From Escherichia coli (GTDB lineage Bacteria; Pseudomonadota; Gammaproteobacteria; Enterobacterales; Enterobacteriaceae), in the NCBI RefSeq assembly GCF_013315695.1, contig NZ_CP054353.1: a stretch of DNA of 64,000 nt; one strand, written 5' to 3'. Positions 27,962-39,374 of this stretch are shown here, in pieces. The notes under the pieces are model-generated. The model had not been told where the DNA came from. It ran no database searches and was given only the letters and a program-made list of their open reading frames with translations. A program made the position numbers and the translations under genes. The number at the start of each line of letters is the position of its first letter. Position 1 is the first letter of the stretch.

Positions 27962-29401
27962 TTATCTACGAGCTACTTCGGGCGCGGCATAGCGAGTGCC
28001 AAAACGGCTCCATTTTGCCAGAAAAGCAAATAAAAGAGCGATCGCAAAGCAACTCAAATTAAAAAACGTCCACGGCAGGTAATCAAGTGTTGCAACACCA
28101 AGCGTTTTCGCCATAAACATCCCGGAAATAGTCCAGGGAAAAAGTCCTTCCAGCAAAGTGGCTCCAGACTCCATGGCCCGCGACATATTCACTTTATGCA
28201 ATTGATGTTCGTCATAGCACGGATCATACATGCTTTTGACCAGAAAAAAGCTAATGACGGCATTTCCAGTACAGGCCACTAATAATGTACTGGAAAACAT
28301 CGTAGCCAGAACGACGCTGGTTACAGAGCGTAATTTCTTAACCAGACGTTGCAGGACAATATTTAATCCGCCAGATGCCTCAAGTGCTGATGCAAATAAA
28401 AATGCACAAAGCATCACCACAATCGGACTGACCATAGAATAGATTCCGCCGCGATTGAGAAGCACCATAAGATTTTTAGCCACCAGCGGATCGCTGGCAA
28501 TACCATCAAATTGTAGTAACATGGTATCTTTAAAACCATTTACAGCGGATTGAACCATATCCATCCATGCAATCGGCTGAAATATTGCACCAATAAATAA
28601 AGCGAGGAACGAAGAGGCAATTAATACTACTGTAGTATCCCATTTTTTTAGCGCACCGAAGAACACCAGTAGTGCGGGAAGCAAACACAGCGGATTTAAC
28701 CAAAAAAGTCGCTGTAATACATCTCTCATAATGGCAATATTCTCAATTTGCTGATTCATTTCATTCAGGCCGCTTCCGGCCCACCAGAAGCCAAAACATG
28801 AGACGAAAAAAGCAGGAATAGAGGTATACATCATATTGCGAATACTTTGCCATAACTCGACGCCCGCAGCCATCGCTGCCATATTGGTGGTATCGGAAAG
28901 AGGCGATAATTTATCACCAAAATAGGAACCCGAAATCACCGCCCCGGCGGTAATCGGTAATGAAACGTCCATCGCCGCAGCCACGGCCATCAATGCTACG
29001 CCGATAGTACCCGCCGTACCCCATGATGTTCCGGTAAAAAGAGAGATACAAACTGTCACCAGGAAGGCTGTCAAATAGAGATAATGAGGGCTTACCATTT
29101 CCAGACCATATAAAACCATTAAAGGAATTGTTCCGGAAACTATCCAGCAGCCAATCAACATCCCGATAGAGAGTAAAATAAGCATTGCCGGAACTGCTTC
29201 TTTAATTTTACTCATAAATATATTAACAATATCTCTCCAGCGCGCACCATAATACCTGGCATAAAAAGCAGTAACCAACGTCACTACAATCAACACAAAC
29301 TCCACGGGGGCATTAAGTATCCCGACGCCAGCCAGGAACAATATAAAAATAATAGCCAGAATGATCATCGCCGAGCTAAAGGATGGCTGATTTATTGTCA
29401 T
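27962..29401 (-). CDS. NhaC-family membrane transporter (Na+/H+ antiporter-like; substrate unknown) - accessory gene
   Basis: 479-aa polytopic ORF with NhaC-type motifs (TGTSWGTAGTIG, GDKLSPLSDTT); start ATGA overlaps upstream gene stop; AT-richer than neighbours by eye. Confidence 0.8.
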   Translation of the reverse strand: MTINQPSFSSAMIILAIIFILFLAGVGILNAPVEFVLIVVTLVTAFYARYYGARWRDIVNIFMSKIKEAVPAMLILLSIGMLIGCWIVSGTIPLMVLYGLEMVSPHYLYLTAFLVTVCISLFTGTSWGTAGTIGVALMAVAAAMDVSLPITAGAVISGSYFGDKLSPLSDTTNMAAMAAGVELWQSIRNMMYTSIPAFFVSCFGFWWAGSGLNEMNQQIENIAIMRDVLQRLFWLNPLCLLPALLVFFGALKKWDTTVVLIASSFLALFIGAIFQPIAWMDMVQSAVNGFKDTMLLQFDGIASDPLVAKNLMVLLNRGGIYSMVSPIVVMLCAFLFASALEASGGLNIVLQRLVKKLRSVTSVVLATMFSSTLLVACTGNAVISFFLVKSMYDPCYDEHQLHKVNMSRAMESGATLLEGLFPWTISGMFMAKTLGVATLDYLPWTFFNLSCFAIALLFAFLAKWSRFGTRYAAPEVARR

Positions 29402-30615
29402 GGTTTCGTCCTTAGCGAGTCAAAAGCACGCTCCAGATCGGCAATTAAAAGAGCGGCATTTTCCTGCCCAAGCGAGAGACGAATTAATCCGCGCGGGATC
29501 TCCGCATCAACCAGTGCAGACTGATTATAACCACGGTTAGGTGAGATAATCAGGCTTTCATAGCCGCCCCAGCTACAGCCCGGTTTGAAAATACGGCAGG
29601 CATCGATAAAGCATTTCACTTCCTCAAAGCCGGCTCCTTTTAATTCGAAACTAAACAGTCCTGAAAAGCCACACATCTGGCGACGAATTATCTCTTTTTC
29701 CTTATCTGTAGCGCAGAGAGGATGACGTATATTTTCCACCTCATCACGAGTAGCTAACCATTCAATAACGTTAATCGCGTTATGCTGATGCGTTGCCATT
29801 CTGATCGGGAGTGTTCGTATACCACGTAACAGTAACCAGGCGCTAAACGGCGAAAGCACGGCACCTAATAGCTGATGCGAGAAATCACGAATGATGCTCA
29901 TCAATTCACGGCGGGTGATTACCACACCAGCTAACACATCACTGTGCCCGGCGAGATATTTTGTGCAGGAATGAATGACAATATCAAATCCCAGACTTAA
30001 CGGTTTTTGAAATAGCGGTGTCGGCCAGGTGTTATCAATTGCGGTGATAATCCCATAACGGGTCGCCAGTTGAGCTATCGCCTGTAAATCAACAATCTGC
30101 ATTGTCATGGTGCCGGGTGACTCAGCGTATATCATTCGGGTATTCAGTTTGATTTTTTGTTCAATAATATTGATATCGCCGTTGGAGATAATGTCATATT
30201 CAATATGGTATTTTTTTGCCAGGTTTTTAACTAATTCGATAGCCGGACCATAGATTTGATTAACTAATAAAATATGGTCACCGCTGTTTAACAAACCGAC
30301 CATCACTGCGCTGATTGCCCCCATGCCTGATGCAAAGCACCGCGCCTCTTCCCCCCCCTCCAGCAAAGCAAGTTTGGTTTCAACCATACTTACGGTTGGA
30401 TTTAAGCCGCGACTGTATATGTAACGCTGGGCTTCGTGACGCATATCATCACAATACTGCTGGTAATTCTTCTGCACAAAAAGACTGGTTTGAATAATCG
30501 GCGGCGCAACGGCACCGAAATACTCATCATGATTTTCATTTATACCGGAACAGGCAAGGTAATCGGATTCGGCAATATTTCCATCATTGAGTAACATGTT
30601 CTGATAACTGTTCAT
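29398..30615 (-). CDS. Cys/Met-metabolism PLP-dependent enzyme (cystathionine beta-lyase / gamma-synthase / methionine gamma-lyase family) - accessory gene
   Basis: 405-aa ORF with family motifs GAVAPPIIQTSLF and PLP-lysine motif SCTKYLAGHSDVLAGV. Confidence 0.8.
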   Translation of the reverse strand: MNSYQNMLLNDGNIAESDYLACSGINENHDEYFGAVAPPIIQTSLFVQKNYQQYCDDMRHEAQRYIYSRGLNPTVSMVETKLALLEGGEEARCFASGMGAISAVMVGLLNSGDHILLVNQIYGPAIELVKNLAKKYHIEYDIISNGDINIIEQKIKLNTRMIYAESPGTMTMQIVDLQAIAQLATRYGIITAIDNTWPTPLFQKPLSLGFDIVIHSCTKYLAGHSDVLAGVVITRRELMSIIRDFSHQLLGAVLSPFSAWLLLRGIRTLPIRMATHQHNAINVIEWLATRDEVENIRHPLCATDKEKEIIRRQMCGFSGLFSFELKGAGFEEVKCFIDACRIFKPGCSWGGYESLIISPNRGYNQSALVDAEIPRGLIRLSLGQENAALLIADLERAFDSLRTKP

Positions 30616-30861
30616 TTTATTTCCCTTATGTTTTTGTACAGAGAAATAGTAATATTATCATCTGGAAAAACCTTTGCACTTTTGCCAGTAACGGACTTGC
30701 CGTGGCAGACAATTAAAGAACAGATTGTAGGAACTCACATTTAAATCATATGGATTATGAATATTTTATTTATAAAGAAAAACATATATAAGCGACAAGT
30801 TAAAATACATTGAAGAAAGGGATAAATAAATGTGAGGAATATAGTTACGTTTACTACATGA

Positions 30862-30893
30862 CTGTCTCTTGCGGTCATGACTGCAAGAGACAG
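30862..30893. repeat. Perfect 11-bp inverted repeat (stem-loop) between the accessory operon and rpnB
   Basis: CTGTCTCTTGC-ggtcatgact-GCAAGAGACAG; no T-tract on either side. Confidence 0.6.
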
Positions 30894-30921
30894 ATTTAAT
30901 TAGAATAAAGTTCCACAGACG

Positions 30922-31824
30922 TCACTGCTTCTGGTTCAGAAGCTCCTCTGGCGAAAGTCGGGTCAGCGTCAGAACTAACTCTCGGTCTAAACCTCTCTCC
31001 AGCATCTCCTGAGCAATACGCAGGGCTTCTTCGCGTTTGCCCAGAATTAATCCATCATTCCGCCCTTCTTCACGTAATCTGTCAGCAATAGTCATCAGTT
31101 TCTCCTTTTCTTGTGGTGCGCGTTCCGCTATCTCACCAATAAATGCACGGAAACGCTGGGCATCTCCCGTTTGTAATACGTAATTAAACAGGGCTTTTAG
31201 CTGTCTGTCATTAGTGTTCCCTGTAACTAGCAGCGAAACAATTTGGTCGACTAATCCCAACAGATCGCGCTGACGAATATGTTTCTGAATTAACTCCAAC
31301 AGCGCCATTTTGCGATGTTGCATAATCTCGTCATCTGGCACCACGGTAATATCCACCAGCGGAAAAGCTGATGAATATATTTTGCGGGCTATAGCAGGCT
31401 CGGCAAATTCATCAAGCCAGCAGAGTGAATAAGGATAAGGACTTCTGCAACCATGATAAAACAGCATCGGGATCACCAATGGAAGCTCTTTATAGCCTGC
31501 ATCAAGATGGTTTTGCATCGCCGCAATGGAATAGCGCATCATGCGAAAAGCCATTAATTCTTCCGGCTTACTTTGGTGCTCTATCACCACATAAATATAA
31601 CCCGCTCTCTCCTGCGTTTTCACAGACCACAAGAGGTCGGAATAATATTGCCGCAGGTCTTCATCAATAAAACTGTTTGGTTCCAGTTTAAGCGTCGTCA
31701 AATCACACAGTTTGCGCAGCGGCGCGGGAAGATGAATATCAATAAAATCCCGCGCGGTGTCTGGATGGCGTAAAAAAGATTTAAATACCGCATCATGCGG
31801 CGTGGAAGTTGTCGATATTGTCAT
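30922..31824 (-). CDS. rpnB: Recombination-promoting nuclease RpnB (YfcI; PD-(D/E)XK transposase_31 family)
   Basis: 300-aa [36 protein letters not shown]...YVVIEHQS..., typical Rpn/YhgA-like. Confidence 0.88.
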   Translation of the reverse strand: MTISTTSTPHDAVFKSFLRHPDTARDFIDIHLPAPLRKLCDLTTLKLEPNSFIDEDLRQYYSDLLWSVKTQERAGYIYVVIEHQSKPEELMAFRMMRYSIAAMQNHLDAGYKELPLVIPMLFYHGCRSPYPYSLCWLDEFAEPAIARKIYSSAFPLVDITVVPDDEIMQHRKMALLELIQKHIRQRDLLGLVDQIVSLLVTGNTNDRQLKALFNYVLQTGDAQRFRAFIGEIAERAPQEKEKLMTIADRLREEGRNDGLILGKREEALRIAQEMLERGLDRELVLTLTRLSPEELLNQKQ

Positions 31825-32020
31825 GGCGTTCCGTCACCCCTCAAATTTAAGATGACGCGACAATAACCACGATTTACACCCAATGCAGCAGGCAGTTTTT
31901 ATCTTTGGACAGCGAATTCAGAAGTATTTTTAGCGGACTGCAACTTTTACATTTCAGCGGAAGCTGACTCGCAAATTTCCCTTGAAAATACTCCGGCAGC
32001 GTTAGCCACCGGAGAGGAAA

Positions 32021-32794
32021 TTATTTCAGCGATCCCTTAAGGAACTGTTGCAGACGAGGGCTTTGCGGGTTACCGAATAACTGTTCTGGCGCGCCTTCTT
32101 CCTCTATTTTCCCCTGATGGAGAAAAATGACGTGAGTAGAAACATGGCGAGCAAAGCCCATTTCGTGAGTCACCACCACCATGGTTTTTCCCTCTTCTGC
32201 CAGTTGCTGCATAATACGCAGCACTTCGCCTACCAGTTCAGGATCGAGCGCCGAGGTAGGTTCATCAAACAGTAAAACTTCCGGTTCCATCGCCAGCGCC
32301 CTTGCGATGGAAACACGCTGTTGCTGACCGCCGGAAAGATGCACCGGATATTTCCCCTGCGCACGTTCGTCTATCCCGACTTTCGCCAGATACTTCACCG
32401 CCCGCTCGCGCGCTTCCTGCTTGCTCAGGCCCAACACCTGAATCGGCGCTTCCATGACGTTTTCCAGCACCGTCATATGGCTCCAGAGATTGAAGTGCTG
32501 GAATACCATCGTCAGGCGTGTGCGCAGTAAGCGCAGCTGATTTTTATCGGCGACTTTGAGTTGGCCGTCTTTGTCGCGCACCAGATTGATCGTCTGGCCA
32601 TTGACCACGATCGATCCTTCGCTCGGTTTTTCGAGGAAGTTAATGCAGCGCAGAAAGGTACTTTTCCCCGATCCCGACGATCCGATGATGCTAATTACAT
32701 CTCCGGCATTCGCTTGCAGTGAAACCCCTTTCAGCACTTCGTGTTCGCCGTAGCGTTTGTGCAAATCGATAACGTTTAATTTATTCTCGGACAT
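32021..32794 (-). CDS. hisP: Histidine/Lys/Arg/Orn ABC transporter ATP-binding protein
   Basis: 257-aa ORF with Walker [10 protein letters not shown], signature LSGGQQQR, Walker [12 protein letters not shown]. Confidence 0.96.
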   Translation of the reverse strand: MSENKLNVIDLHKRYGEHEVLKGVSLQANAGDVISIIGSSGSGKSTFLRCINFLEKPSEGSIVVNGQTINLVRDKDGQLKVADKNQLRLLRTRLTMVFQHFNLWSHMTVLENVMEAPIQVLGLSKQEARERAVKYLAKVGIDERAQGKYPVHLSGGQQQRVSIARALAMEPEVLLFDEPTSALDPELVGEVLRIMQQLAEEGKTMVVVTHEMGFARHVSTHVIFLHQGKIEEEGAPEQLFGNPQSPRLQQFLKGSLK

Positions 32795-32801
32795 CGTGTT
32801 C

Positions 32802-33518
32802 TCAGTGCGTTGAAGAAGGTTTCACATGCTGCAACCAGCGTTTTTCCGCTCTGCGAAAGAGGCTGATCAGGACATAAGAGATGATTAAATAGAGCACCGC
32901 GGCAATGCCGAAGGCGGTAAAAGGTTGATACGTGGCGGCGTTAATATCGCGGGCTATTTTCAGCAGATCCGGCACCGTGGCAGTAAATGCCAGCGCAGTA
33001 GAGTGCAGCATCAGGATCACTTCGTTGCTGTATGCCGGTAACGCAATACGCAGCGCAGAAGGCAAAATAATGCAGCGATACATTTTAAAGGTCGAGAAGC
33101 CATAGGCTCTGGCGGCTTCGATTTCCCCATGCGGCACTGAACGGATCGCTCCGGCAAAAATCTCGGTGGTGTAAGCACAGGTGTTAAGCGTCAGCGCCAG
33201 CACGGTACAGTTCAGGCCACTGCGAAAAAAGGCGTTAAGGAACTCGGTCCCCTTAACAATCTCCAGCGTATACATGCCGGAATAGAACACCAGCAACTGA
33301 ACATACAGCGGCGTACCGCGAAAAATATAGGTAAATAACCAGATTGGAAACTGGATGTATTTATTACTTGAGACGCGACCAATCGCCAGAAACAGCGCCA
33401 GAACTCCGCCTATCACTACCGACAAAATAAGCAGCCACAGAGTGATCGCCACGCCAGTAAAGCGATAACCGTCGGTCCACAACAACGGTTTCCAGTATTC
33501 ATGTAAGATTTCGATCAC
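32802..33518 (-). CDS. hisM: ABC transporter permease HisM
   Basis: 238-aa membrane ORF; operon order. Confidence 0.94.
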   Translation of the reverse strand: MIEILHEYWKPLLWTDGYRFTGVAITLWLLILSVVIGGVLALFLAIGRVSSNKYIQFPIWLFTYIFRGTPLYVQLLVFYSGMYTLEIVKGTEFLNAFFRSGLNCTVLALTLNTCAYTTEIFAGAIRSVPHGEIEAARAYGFSTFKMYRCIILPSALRIALPAYSNEVILMLHSTALAFTATVPDLLKIARDINAATYQPFTAFGIAAVLYLIISYVLISLFRRAEKRWLQHVKPSSTH

Positions 33519-34201
33519 AGGTCAGCCCTCTTCACACCCACGGAGTAGCGGCGCTCAAGGAACAGCAGCACACCATTGGAAACGGTGGTGAAAACCAGGT
33601 AAATCACGCCACAGACGATAGCGAAATAGAACGGTTCCCAGGTACTTTTGCCTGCCAGCTGCGTGGCTTTGACCACATCTTCCAGGCCGAGTAACGAAAC
33701 CAGTGCGGTAGATTTGAGGATCACCTGCCAGTTGTTGCCAATGCCTGGCAGGGCGTAACGCATCATCGCCGGAAACATGATCCGCCGAAACACTTGCCCA
33801 CGAGTAAAACCGAACGCCGTCGCCGCCTCTATATGTCCTTTCGGTACTGCCATAAAAGCACCACGGAACGTTTCGGTAAAATAAGCACCGTAGATAAAAC
33901 CGAGAGTAATAATACCAGCGACCATCGGATCAATATCAATCTGCCCGACGCCCATCGCCTCCGTCACCGTGTTTAGTGCAATCTGCAAACCGTAGAAAAT
34001 TAGCAGCATCAACACCAAGTCCGGCACGCCTCGAATCAGCGTGGTGTACCCTTCGAAAATCAGCCCCGAAAGCCGATTTTGCGAGAGCTTACCGCCAGCG
34101 CCAATTAAACCGATGATTACAGCGAGCACTACAGAGCTGATCGCCAGCTCCAGCGTGACGAGCGCACCCTGTAAAATAACACCTGAAAACCCATACAACA
34201 T
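33515..34201 (-). CDS. hisQ: ABC transporter permease HisQ
   Basis: 228-aa membrane ORF; 4-nt overlap with hisM. Confidence 0.94.
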   Translation of the reverse strand: MLYGFSGVILQGALVTLELAISSVVLAVIIGLIGAGGKLSQNRLSGLIFEGYTTLIRGVPDLVLMLLIFYGLQIALNTVTEAMGVGQIDIDPMVAGIITLGFIYGAYFTETFRGAFMAVPKGHIEAATAFGFTRGQVFRRIMFPAMMRYALPGIGNNWQVILKSTALVSLLGLEDVVKATQLAGKSTWEPFYFAIVCGVIYLVFTTVSNGVLLFLERRYSVGVKRADL

Positions 34202-34290
34202 GCTGCCTGTCCTGTCGTGTGTGGTGAATTACCGCCTCTTGTCTCCCTCCGGTTACCCGAAGGGAGCGGGCTTTCTTTCACCGATGGCGA

Positions 34291-35073
34291 TTAACCACCA
34301 TAAACATCAAAATCGAAGTACTTTTTCGCTAATTTCTCGTAAGTACCGTCAGCGCGCATTTCGGCAAAGGCTTTGTTCAGTGCCTCGCGCAGTTCGTTAT
34401 CTTCTTTACGCAGGCCCATGCCTGTCCCTACGCCAAACAGTTTTTCATCTTTAACAGACGGGCCACCGAATTTGTAATCTTTGCCGACTGGCTGCTTGAG
34501 GAAACCTTCGTTGGCAGCGACCTCATCCTGGAACGCGGCATCAATACGTCCGGCAGTCAGGTCAGAATAAATGTTGTCCTGCCCCTGATACGAGACGATT
34601 TCAATGCCTTTTGGTGCCCAGTGTTCGTTACCGAACGTCTCCTGGGTGGTGCCCTGCAATACGCCTACCCGTTTGCCTTTCAGCGATTCGACTGTCGGCT
34701 GAATGTCGGAATTTTTCGCCACCACCAGACGAGAATCGGCAGCGTACAGTTTGTCGGTGAAGGCTATTTCTTGCTGACGTTTTTCCGTAATGGAAAGCGA
34801 TGACATGATGGCGTCAATCTTCTTCGCTTTTAAGGACGGGATTAACGCATCCAGTGGGTTTTCGACAAACGTACATTGCGTATTGATGCGTTTGCACAAC
34901 TCCTTCGCCAGATCGATATCGAAGCCAACCAGTTCACCTTGTGAATTTTTTGATTCAAATGGCGCATAGGTCGGATCGGTACCGATGCGGATGTTTTGCG
35001 GAATCGCAGCAAACGCCACAGTTGCGCTGGAGAAGGCCAGAACCAGAGAGAGCGATAGCACCAGTTTTTTCAT
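34291..35073 (-). CDS. hisJ: Histidine-binding periplasmic protein
   Basis: 260-aa ORF with signal peptide [22 protein letters not shown]; paralogous to the argT product. Confidence 0.94.
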   Translation of the reverse strand: MKKLVLSLSLVLAFSSATVAFAAIPQNIRIGTDPTYAPFESKNSQGELVGFDIDLAKELCKRINTQCTFVENPLDALIPSLKAKKIDAIMSSLSITEKRQQEIAFTDKLYAADSRLVVAKNSDIQPTVESLKGKRVGVLQGTTQETFGNEHWAPKGIEIVSYQGQDNIYSDLTAGRIDAAFQDEVAANEGFLKQPVGKDYKFGGPSVKDEKLFGVGTGMGLRKEDNELREALNKAFAEMRADGTYEKLAKKYFDFDVYGG

Positions 35074-35293
35074 AATGTCCTCAGCTGACAGTCTTTTTAT
35101 AGGGAATATTTACAGGTTTGTTACACTTATCGTGCCATAAAATTGACCATCAAGGCAAAATATCCCGCCCCGTTAGACGTATTATTTTTCATTAAAAATG
35201 CTTAAGTATGCATTTCAATGCACCACGATAGTGCAACAAACCTGGCGTGCACCATGATGATCATTCCATCAGGTACAGCTTCCCTGCGACGTA

Positions 35294-36076
35294 TCAGTCA
35301 CCGTAGACATTAAAGTCGAAATACTTTTTCGCCATCTTGTCGTAGGTGCCGTCCTGACGCAGCTCGTTAAGCGCCTTATTGAAGGCCGCCGTCAGTTCAG
35401 CATCATCTTTACGCAGCCCTACACCGGTGCCGTCACCGAAGTATTTTTTGTCTTTCACTGATGGGCCTGCAAAGGCGAAATCTTTACCGGCGGGTTGCTT
35501 AAGGAAACCTTCGCTGGCAGCAACTTCATCTTGTAACGCAGCATCCAGACGTCCTGCAGCCAGATCGGAATAGACTAAATCCTGGTTGGCATAGGCCACC
35601 ACATCCACGCCTTTGCTACGCCAGGTCTCGTTAGCGTATGCTTCCTGGGTTGATCCCTGCAGCACACCAACATGTTTACCTTTCAGTGAATCCAGCGTTG
35701 GCTGAATCGGTGAACCTTTGGCGGCAATCAAACGAGAATCTGCGGCGTACAGCTTGTCGGAGAAAGCAATCTCCTGCTGACGTTTATCGGTAATGGAGAG
35801 CGACGAAATAATGGCGTCGATTTTTTTCGCTTTCAGTGAGGGGATCAGCGCGTCAAAGTCGCTGGCAACCCAGGTACATTTCACCTGCATCCGTTTGCAC
35901 ATCTCGTTACCGAGATCGATATCAAAGCCAACAAAATCACCTTTAGCATCTTTCGACGAGAACGGCGCATAGGTGGTATCGGTTCCGATACGTACCGTCT
36001 CCGGTAGCGCCGCATAGCTGGAAGCCGCTGCGGAGAGACCGACTAACAAAGACAGAGCGAGAATCGACTTCTTCAT
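35294..36076 (-). CDS. argT: Lysine/arginine/ornithine-binding periplasmic protein
   Basis: 260-aa ORF with signal peptide [22 protein letters not shown]; highly similar to the hisJ product. Confidence 0.94.
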   Translation of the reverse strand: MKKSILALSLLVGLSAAASSYAALPETVRIGTDTTYAPFSSKDAKGDFVGFDIDLGNEMCKRMQVKCTWVASDFDALIPSLKAKKIDAIISSLSITDKRQQEIAFSDKLYAADSRLIAAKGSPIQPTLDSLKGKHVGVLQGSTQEAYANETWRSKGVDVVAYANQDLVYSDLAAGRLDAALQDEVAASEGFLKQPAGKDFAFAGPSVKDKKYFGDGTGVGLRKDDAELTAAFNKALNELRQDGTYDKMAKKYFDFNVYGD

Positions 36077-36341
36077 ACATAACCCTCAAGTGAAAATGGC
36101 TTTTTTATGTTGTGTATTGTGTTGTGTGTTTGCAGGCTCTTTCATGCAGGTCTTATGCCATCTTGACGACAACAGTAACATTCAACGTTAAATATGTTAA
36201 TAAGACGTTGCATTATTGTCCTGAAGTTGAAGATAGCAGGTATGGCGGTTGAATCGCAGCGTTTCGATTGAATGGCAGAAACAAAATGTCGAGGATTTGA
36301 TCGCGGTTGCAAAATTGCCCTGAAACAGGGCAACAGCGGAG

Positions 36342-36911
36342 TTATGCGCCCTGCCAGCGGGCAAAGAGATCTTCAGGAAGGGTTATTGCAAACTGGTCAA
36401 GAACACGATTAACCGTCTGATTTATCACATCATCAAGGGATTGCGGGCGATGATAAAACGCCGGAACGGGAGGCATAATCACCGCACCGATTTCTGCTGC
36501 CTGAGTCATTAAACGCAGATGGCCTAAGTGCAGTGGCGTTTCACGCACGCAGAGCACCAACGGGCGACGCTCTTTCAGCACAACATCTGCCGCACGGGTC
36601 AGTAAGCCATCAGTATAGCTATGGACAATGCCGGACAGGGTTTTGATTGAACAGGGTAAAATCGCCATCCCCAGTGTCTGGAAAGAACCGGAAGAAATGC
36701 TGGCAGCAATATCGCGCGCATCGTGCGTAACATCGGCTAATGCCTGCACTTCGCGCAGGGAAAAATCCGTTTCGAGGGATAAGGTCTGGCGCGCTGCCTG
36801 GCTCATCACCAGATGCGTTTCGATATCTGTGACATCGCGCAGAACCTGTAATAAGCGCACGCCATAAATCGCGCCGCTGGCACCGCTGATGCCTACAATG
36901 AGTCGTTTCAT
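36342..36911 (-). CDS. ubiX: Flavin prenyltransferase UbiX
   Basis: 189-aa ORF MKRLIVGISGASGAIYGVRLLQVL... (flavoprotein fold). Confidence 0.94.
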   Translation of the reverse strand: MKRLIVGISGASGAIYGVRLLQVLRDVTDIETHLVMSQAARQTLSLETDFSLREVQALADVTHDARDIAASISSGSFQTLGMAILPCSIKTLSGIVHSYTDGLLTRAADVVLKERRPLVLCVRETPLHLGHLRLMTQAAEIGAVIMPPVPAFYHRPQSLDDVINQTVNRVLDQFAITLPEDLFARWQGA

Positions 36912-37005
36912 AAATAGTTGCCCTGTCAGACTTGCAGGCAGACTTTGCAGGATTTCGGCGGGAGTTGCAAGTCAGGGTGCCAGAACGGCACCCTGAGCGA
37001 AGGCA

Positions 37006-38523
37006 TCATCCTTCGTTATGCATTTCGAGATTTTCCACTTCGTTCTGACGTTGCACTGATTTGGCGTCGTCATTACGTAACGTATCGAGGAAATCGAGGT
37101 AGCCCTGATCAACATCTTTGGTGACGTAGACGCCGTTGAACACCGAGCATTCAAACTGCTGGATATCCGGGTTTTCAGCGCGAACGGCTTCGATCAGATC
37201 GTTCAGATCCTGGAAAATCAACCCGTCAGCACCGATGATCTGGCGAATTTCATCTACTTCGCGACCGTGAGCGATCAGTTCCGTGGCGCTCGGCATATCA
37301 ATACCATAAACGTTCGGGAAGCGAATTTCCGGGGCCGCAGAAGCGAGGTACACTTTCTTCGCTCCGGCTTCGCGTGCCATCTCGATAATCTGCTCAGAAG
37401 TGGTGCCACGGACGATGGAGTCGTCGACCAGCAGGACGTTTTTATCGCGGAACTCGGCGCGGTTGGCGTTCAGTTTACGGCGCACGGACTTACGACGCAG
37501 CTGCTGGCCCGGCATGATGAAGGTGCGGCCAACATAGCGGTTTTTAACGAAGCCCTGGCGGTACGGCTTGCCCAGAATACGCGCAATTTCCAGCGCGATA
37601 TCACACGAGGTTTCCGGGATCGGGATCACCACGTCGATATCCAGATCTTCCCATTCGCGGGCAATTTTCTCGCCCAGTTTCGTGCCCATATTCACACGCG
37701 CGCTATAAACGGAAATTTTGTCGATGAACGAGTCCGGGCGGGCAAAGTATACATACTCAAACAGGCACGGATTGCTGACCGGATTGTCAGCACATTGACG
37801 GGTAAACAACTGCCCTTCTTCAGTGATGTAAATCGCTTCGCCAGGCGCGACGTCACGCAGGAAATCAAAGCCCAGCGTATCGAGCGCAACGCTTTCGGAA
37901 GCGACCATATATTCTGTGCGGTTCTCGTCAATATCACGTTTTCCCAGTACCAGCGGACGAATCCCGTTAGGATCGCGGAAAGCAACCATACCGTGGCCGA
38001 TAATCATCGCCACGCAGGCATACGCGCCGCGGATTAAGCGGTTTGTGGCAGCAATGGCAGCGAAAATATTGTCGGCTTCCAGCGGGTAGTGGCGGAAGTT
38101 GTCCAGCTCGCTGGCGAAGATATTAAGCAGAATCTCCGAGTCGGAAGTGGTGTTGATGTGGCGGCGTTTTTCTTCAAACAGTTTTTTACGCAACTCGTGA
38201 GCGTTGGTCAGATTGCCGTTGTGGGCAAGCGTAATGCCATACGGAGAGTTAACGTAAAACGGCTGCGCTTCAGAGGCGCTGGAGCTACCAGCCGTAGGGT
38301 AACGCACATGACCAATGCCCATATTGCCCTGCAAACGCTGCATATGGCGAGCTTCAAATACATCGCTCACCAGCCCGTTCGCTTTACGCAAACGGAAGCA
38401 GTTATTGGCATCAATGGTGATGATGCCGGCGGCATCCTGACCGCGATGCTGAAGCACCGTTAAGGCATCATAAATCGACTGGTTAACCGGCATAACACCG
38501 GCGATACCGACAATACCGCACAT
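37006..38523 (-). CDS. purF: Amidophosphoribosyltransferase (glutamine PRPP amidotransferase)
   Basis: 505-aa ORF starting MCGIVGIAG (Ntn-hydrolase Cys after Met) with PRTase motif [14 protein letters not shown]. Confidence 0.97.
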   Translation of the reverse strand: MCGIVGIAGVMPVNQSIYDALTVLQHRGQDAAGIITIDANNCFRLRKANGLVSDVFEARHMQRLQGNMGIGHVRYPTAGSSSASEAQPFYVNSPYGITLAHNGNLTNAHELRKKLFEEKRRHINTTSDSEILLNIFASELDNFRHYPLEADNIFAAIAATNRLIRGAYACVAMIIGHGMVAFRDPNGIRPLVLGKRDIDENRTEYMVASESVALDTLGFDFLRDVAPGEAIYITEEGQLFTRQCADNPVSNPCLFEYVYFARPDSFIDKISVYSARVNMGTKLGEKIAREWEDLDIDVVIPIPETSCDIALEIARILGKPYRQGFVKNRYVGRTFIMPGQQLRRKSVRRKLNANRAEFRDKNVLLVDDSIVRGTTSEQIIEMAREAGAKKVYLASAAPEIRFPNVYGIDMPSATELIAHGREVDEIRQIIGADGLIFQDLNDLIEAVRAENPDIQQFECSVFNGVYVTKDVDQGYLDFLDTLRNDDAKSVQRQNEVENLEMHNEG

Positions 38524-38559
38524 ACGTCTTTTTCCTCGTTAAGCCACATCTCAGAGCAC

Positions 38560-39048
38560 TTACGCTCTGGGCAAGAAACTTGACGAGCTTTGCAGATAAT
38601 CAAAAAACCATCTGATGATAAAACTGAACTGCGGGATCAGCTGTGATTTGCTCCAGTCTTCGCTTTTCGACACCCCGGTAAAGGAGTCGAGAAAGAAGAG
38701 AATGGCAGCAACAATCAACACACCGCGCAACGCACCGAAACAGACGCCCAACACCCTATCGGTGCCTGACAACCCCGTTTTCTCCACCAACTGGCCTATC
38801 ACGAAGTTCACGATAGCACCAACGATCAGGGTAGCGATAAACAGTACCGCGATGGCAATCCCATTTCGAACCAGTTCGTCTTCAAAGCCCGTAAACCAGA
38901 CTGACAGGTAAGTGTAGTAATGACTGGCAACAAAGAAAGCACAACCCCATGTCACCAGCGATAACGCTTCACGAACAAAGCCGCGGATCAGGCTAACCAG
39001 AGAGGAAAAAGCAATCACCGCGATTATGGCGTAATCAATCCAGACCAT
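38560..39048 (-). CDS. cvpA: Colicin V production membrane protein CvpA
   Basis: 162-aa membrane ORF MVWIDYAIIAVIAFSSLVSLIRGF... Confidence 0.93.
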   Translation of the reverse strand: MVWIDYAIIAVIAFSSLVSLIRGFVREALSLVTWGCAFFVASHYYTYLSVWFTGFEDELVRNGIAIAVLFIATLIVGAIVNFVIGQLVEKTGLSGTDRVLGVCFGALRGVLIVAAILFFLDSFTGVSKSEDWSKSQLIPQFSFIIRWFFDYLQSSSSFLPRA

Positions 39049-39189
39049 ATGTGTCCCACGATTTTACGCCCTGTCATCCTGTTCGGGGCGCATTCTAACA
39101 GAAAAAGAAAACGTTTGCGTAGGGATTTCCTTCCCACGCATCAATAAAAATGGCGCTGAAAAAATATTCAACGCCATCGACTTTTTATG

Positions 39190-39365
<176 letters not shown>

Positions 39366-39374
39366 AAGACCATA

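Noticed and set aside
30905-30925. MetJ-box-like sequence (AGACGTCA) near the rpnB stop, upstream of the PLP-enzyme operon
   Set aside because: Single 7/8 match lying inside the rpnB coding end; MetJ regulation needs tandem met-boxes close to the promoter, so this is probably chance.
36142-36333. 63-aa minus-strand ORF between argT and ubiX
   Set aside because: Lies in the argT promoter/ubiX 3' region, is Cys/Arg-rich with no motif, and lacks a ribosome-binding sequence; likely spurious.
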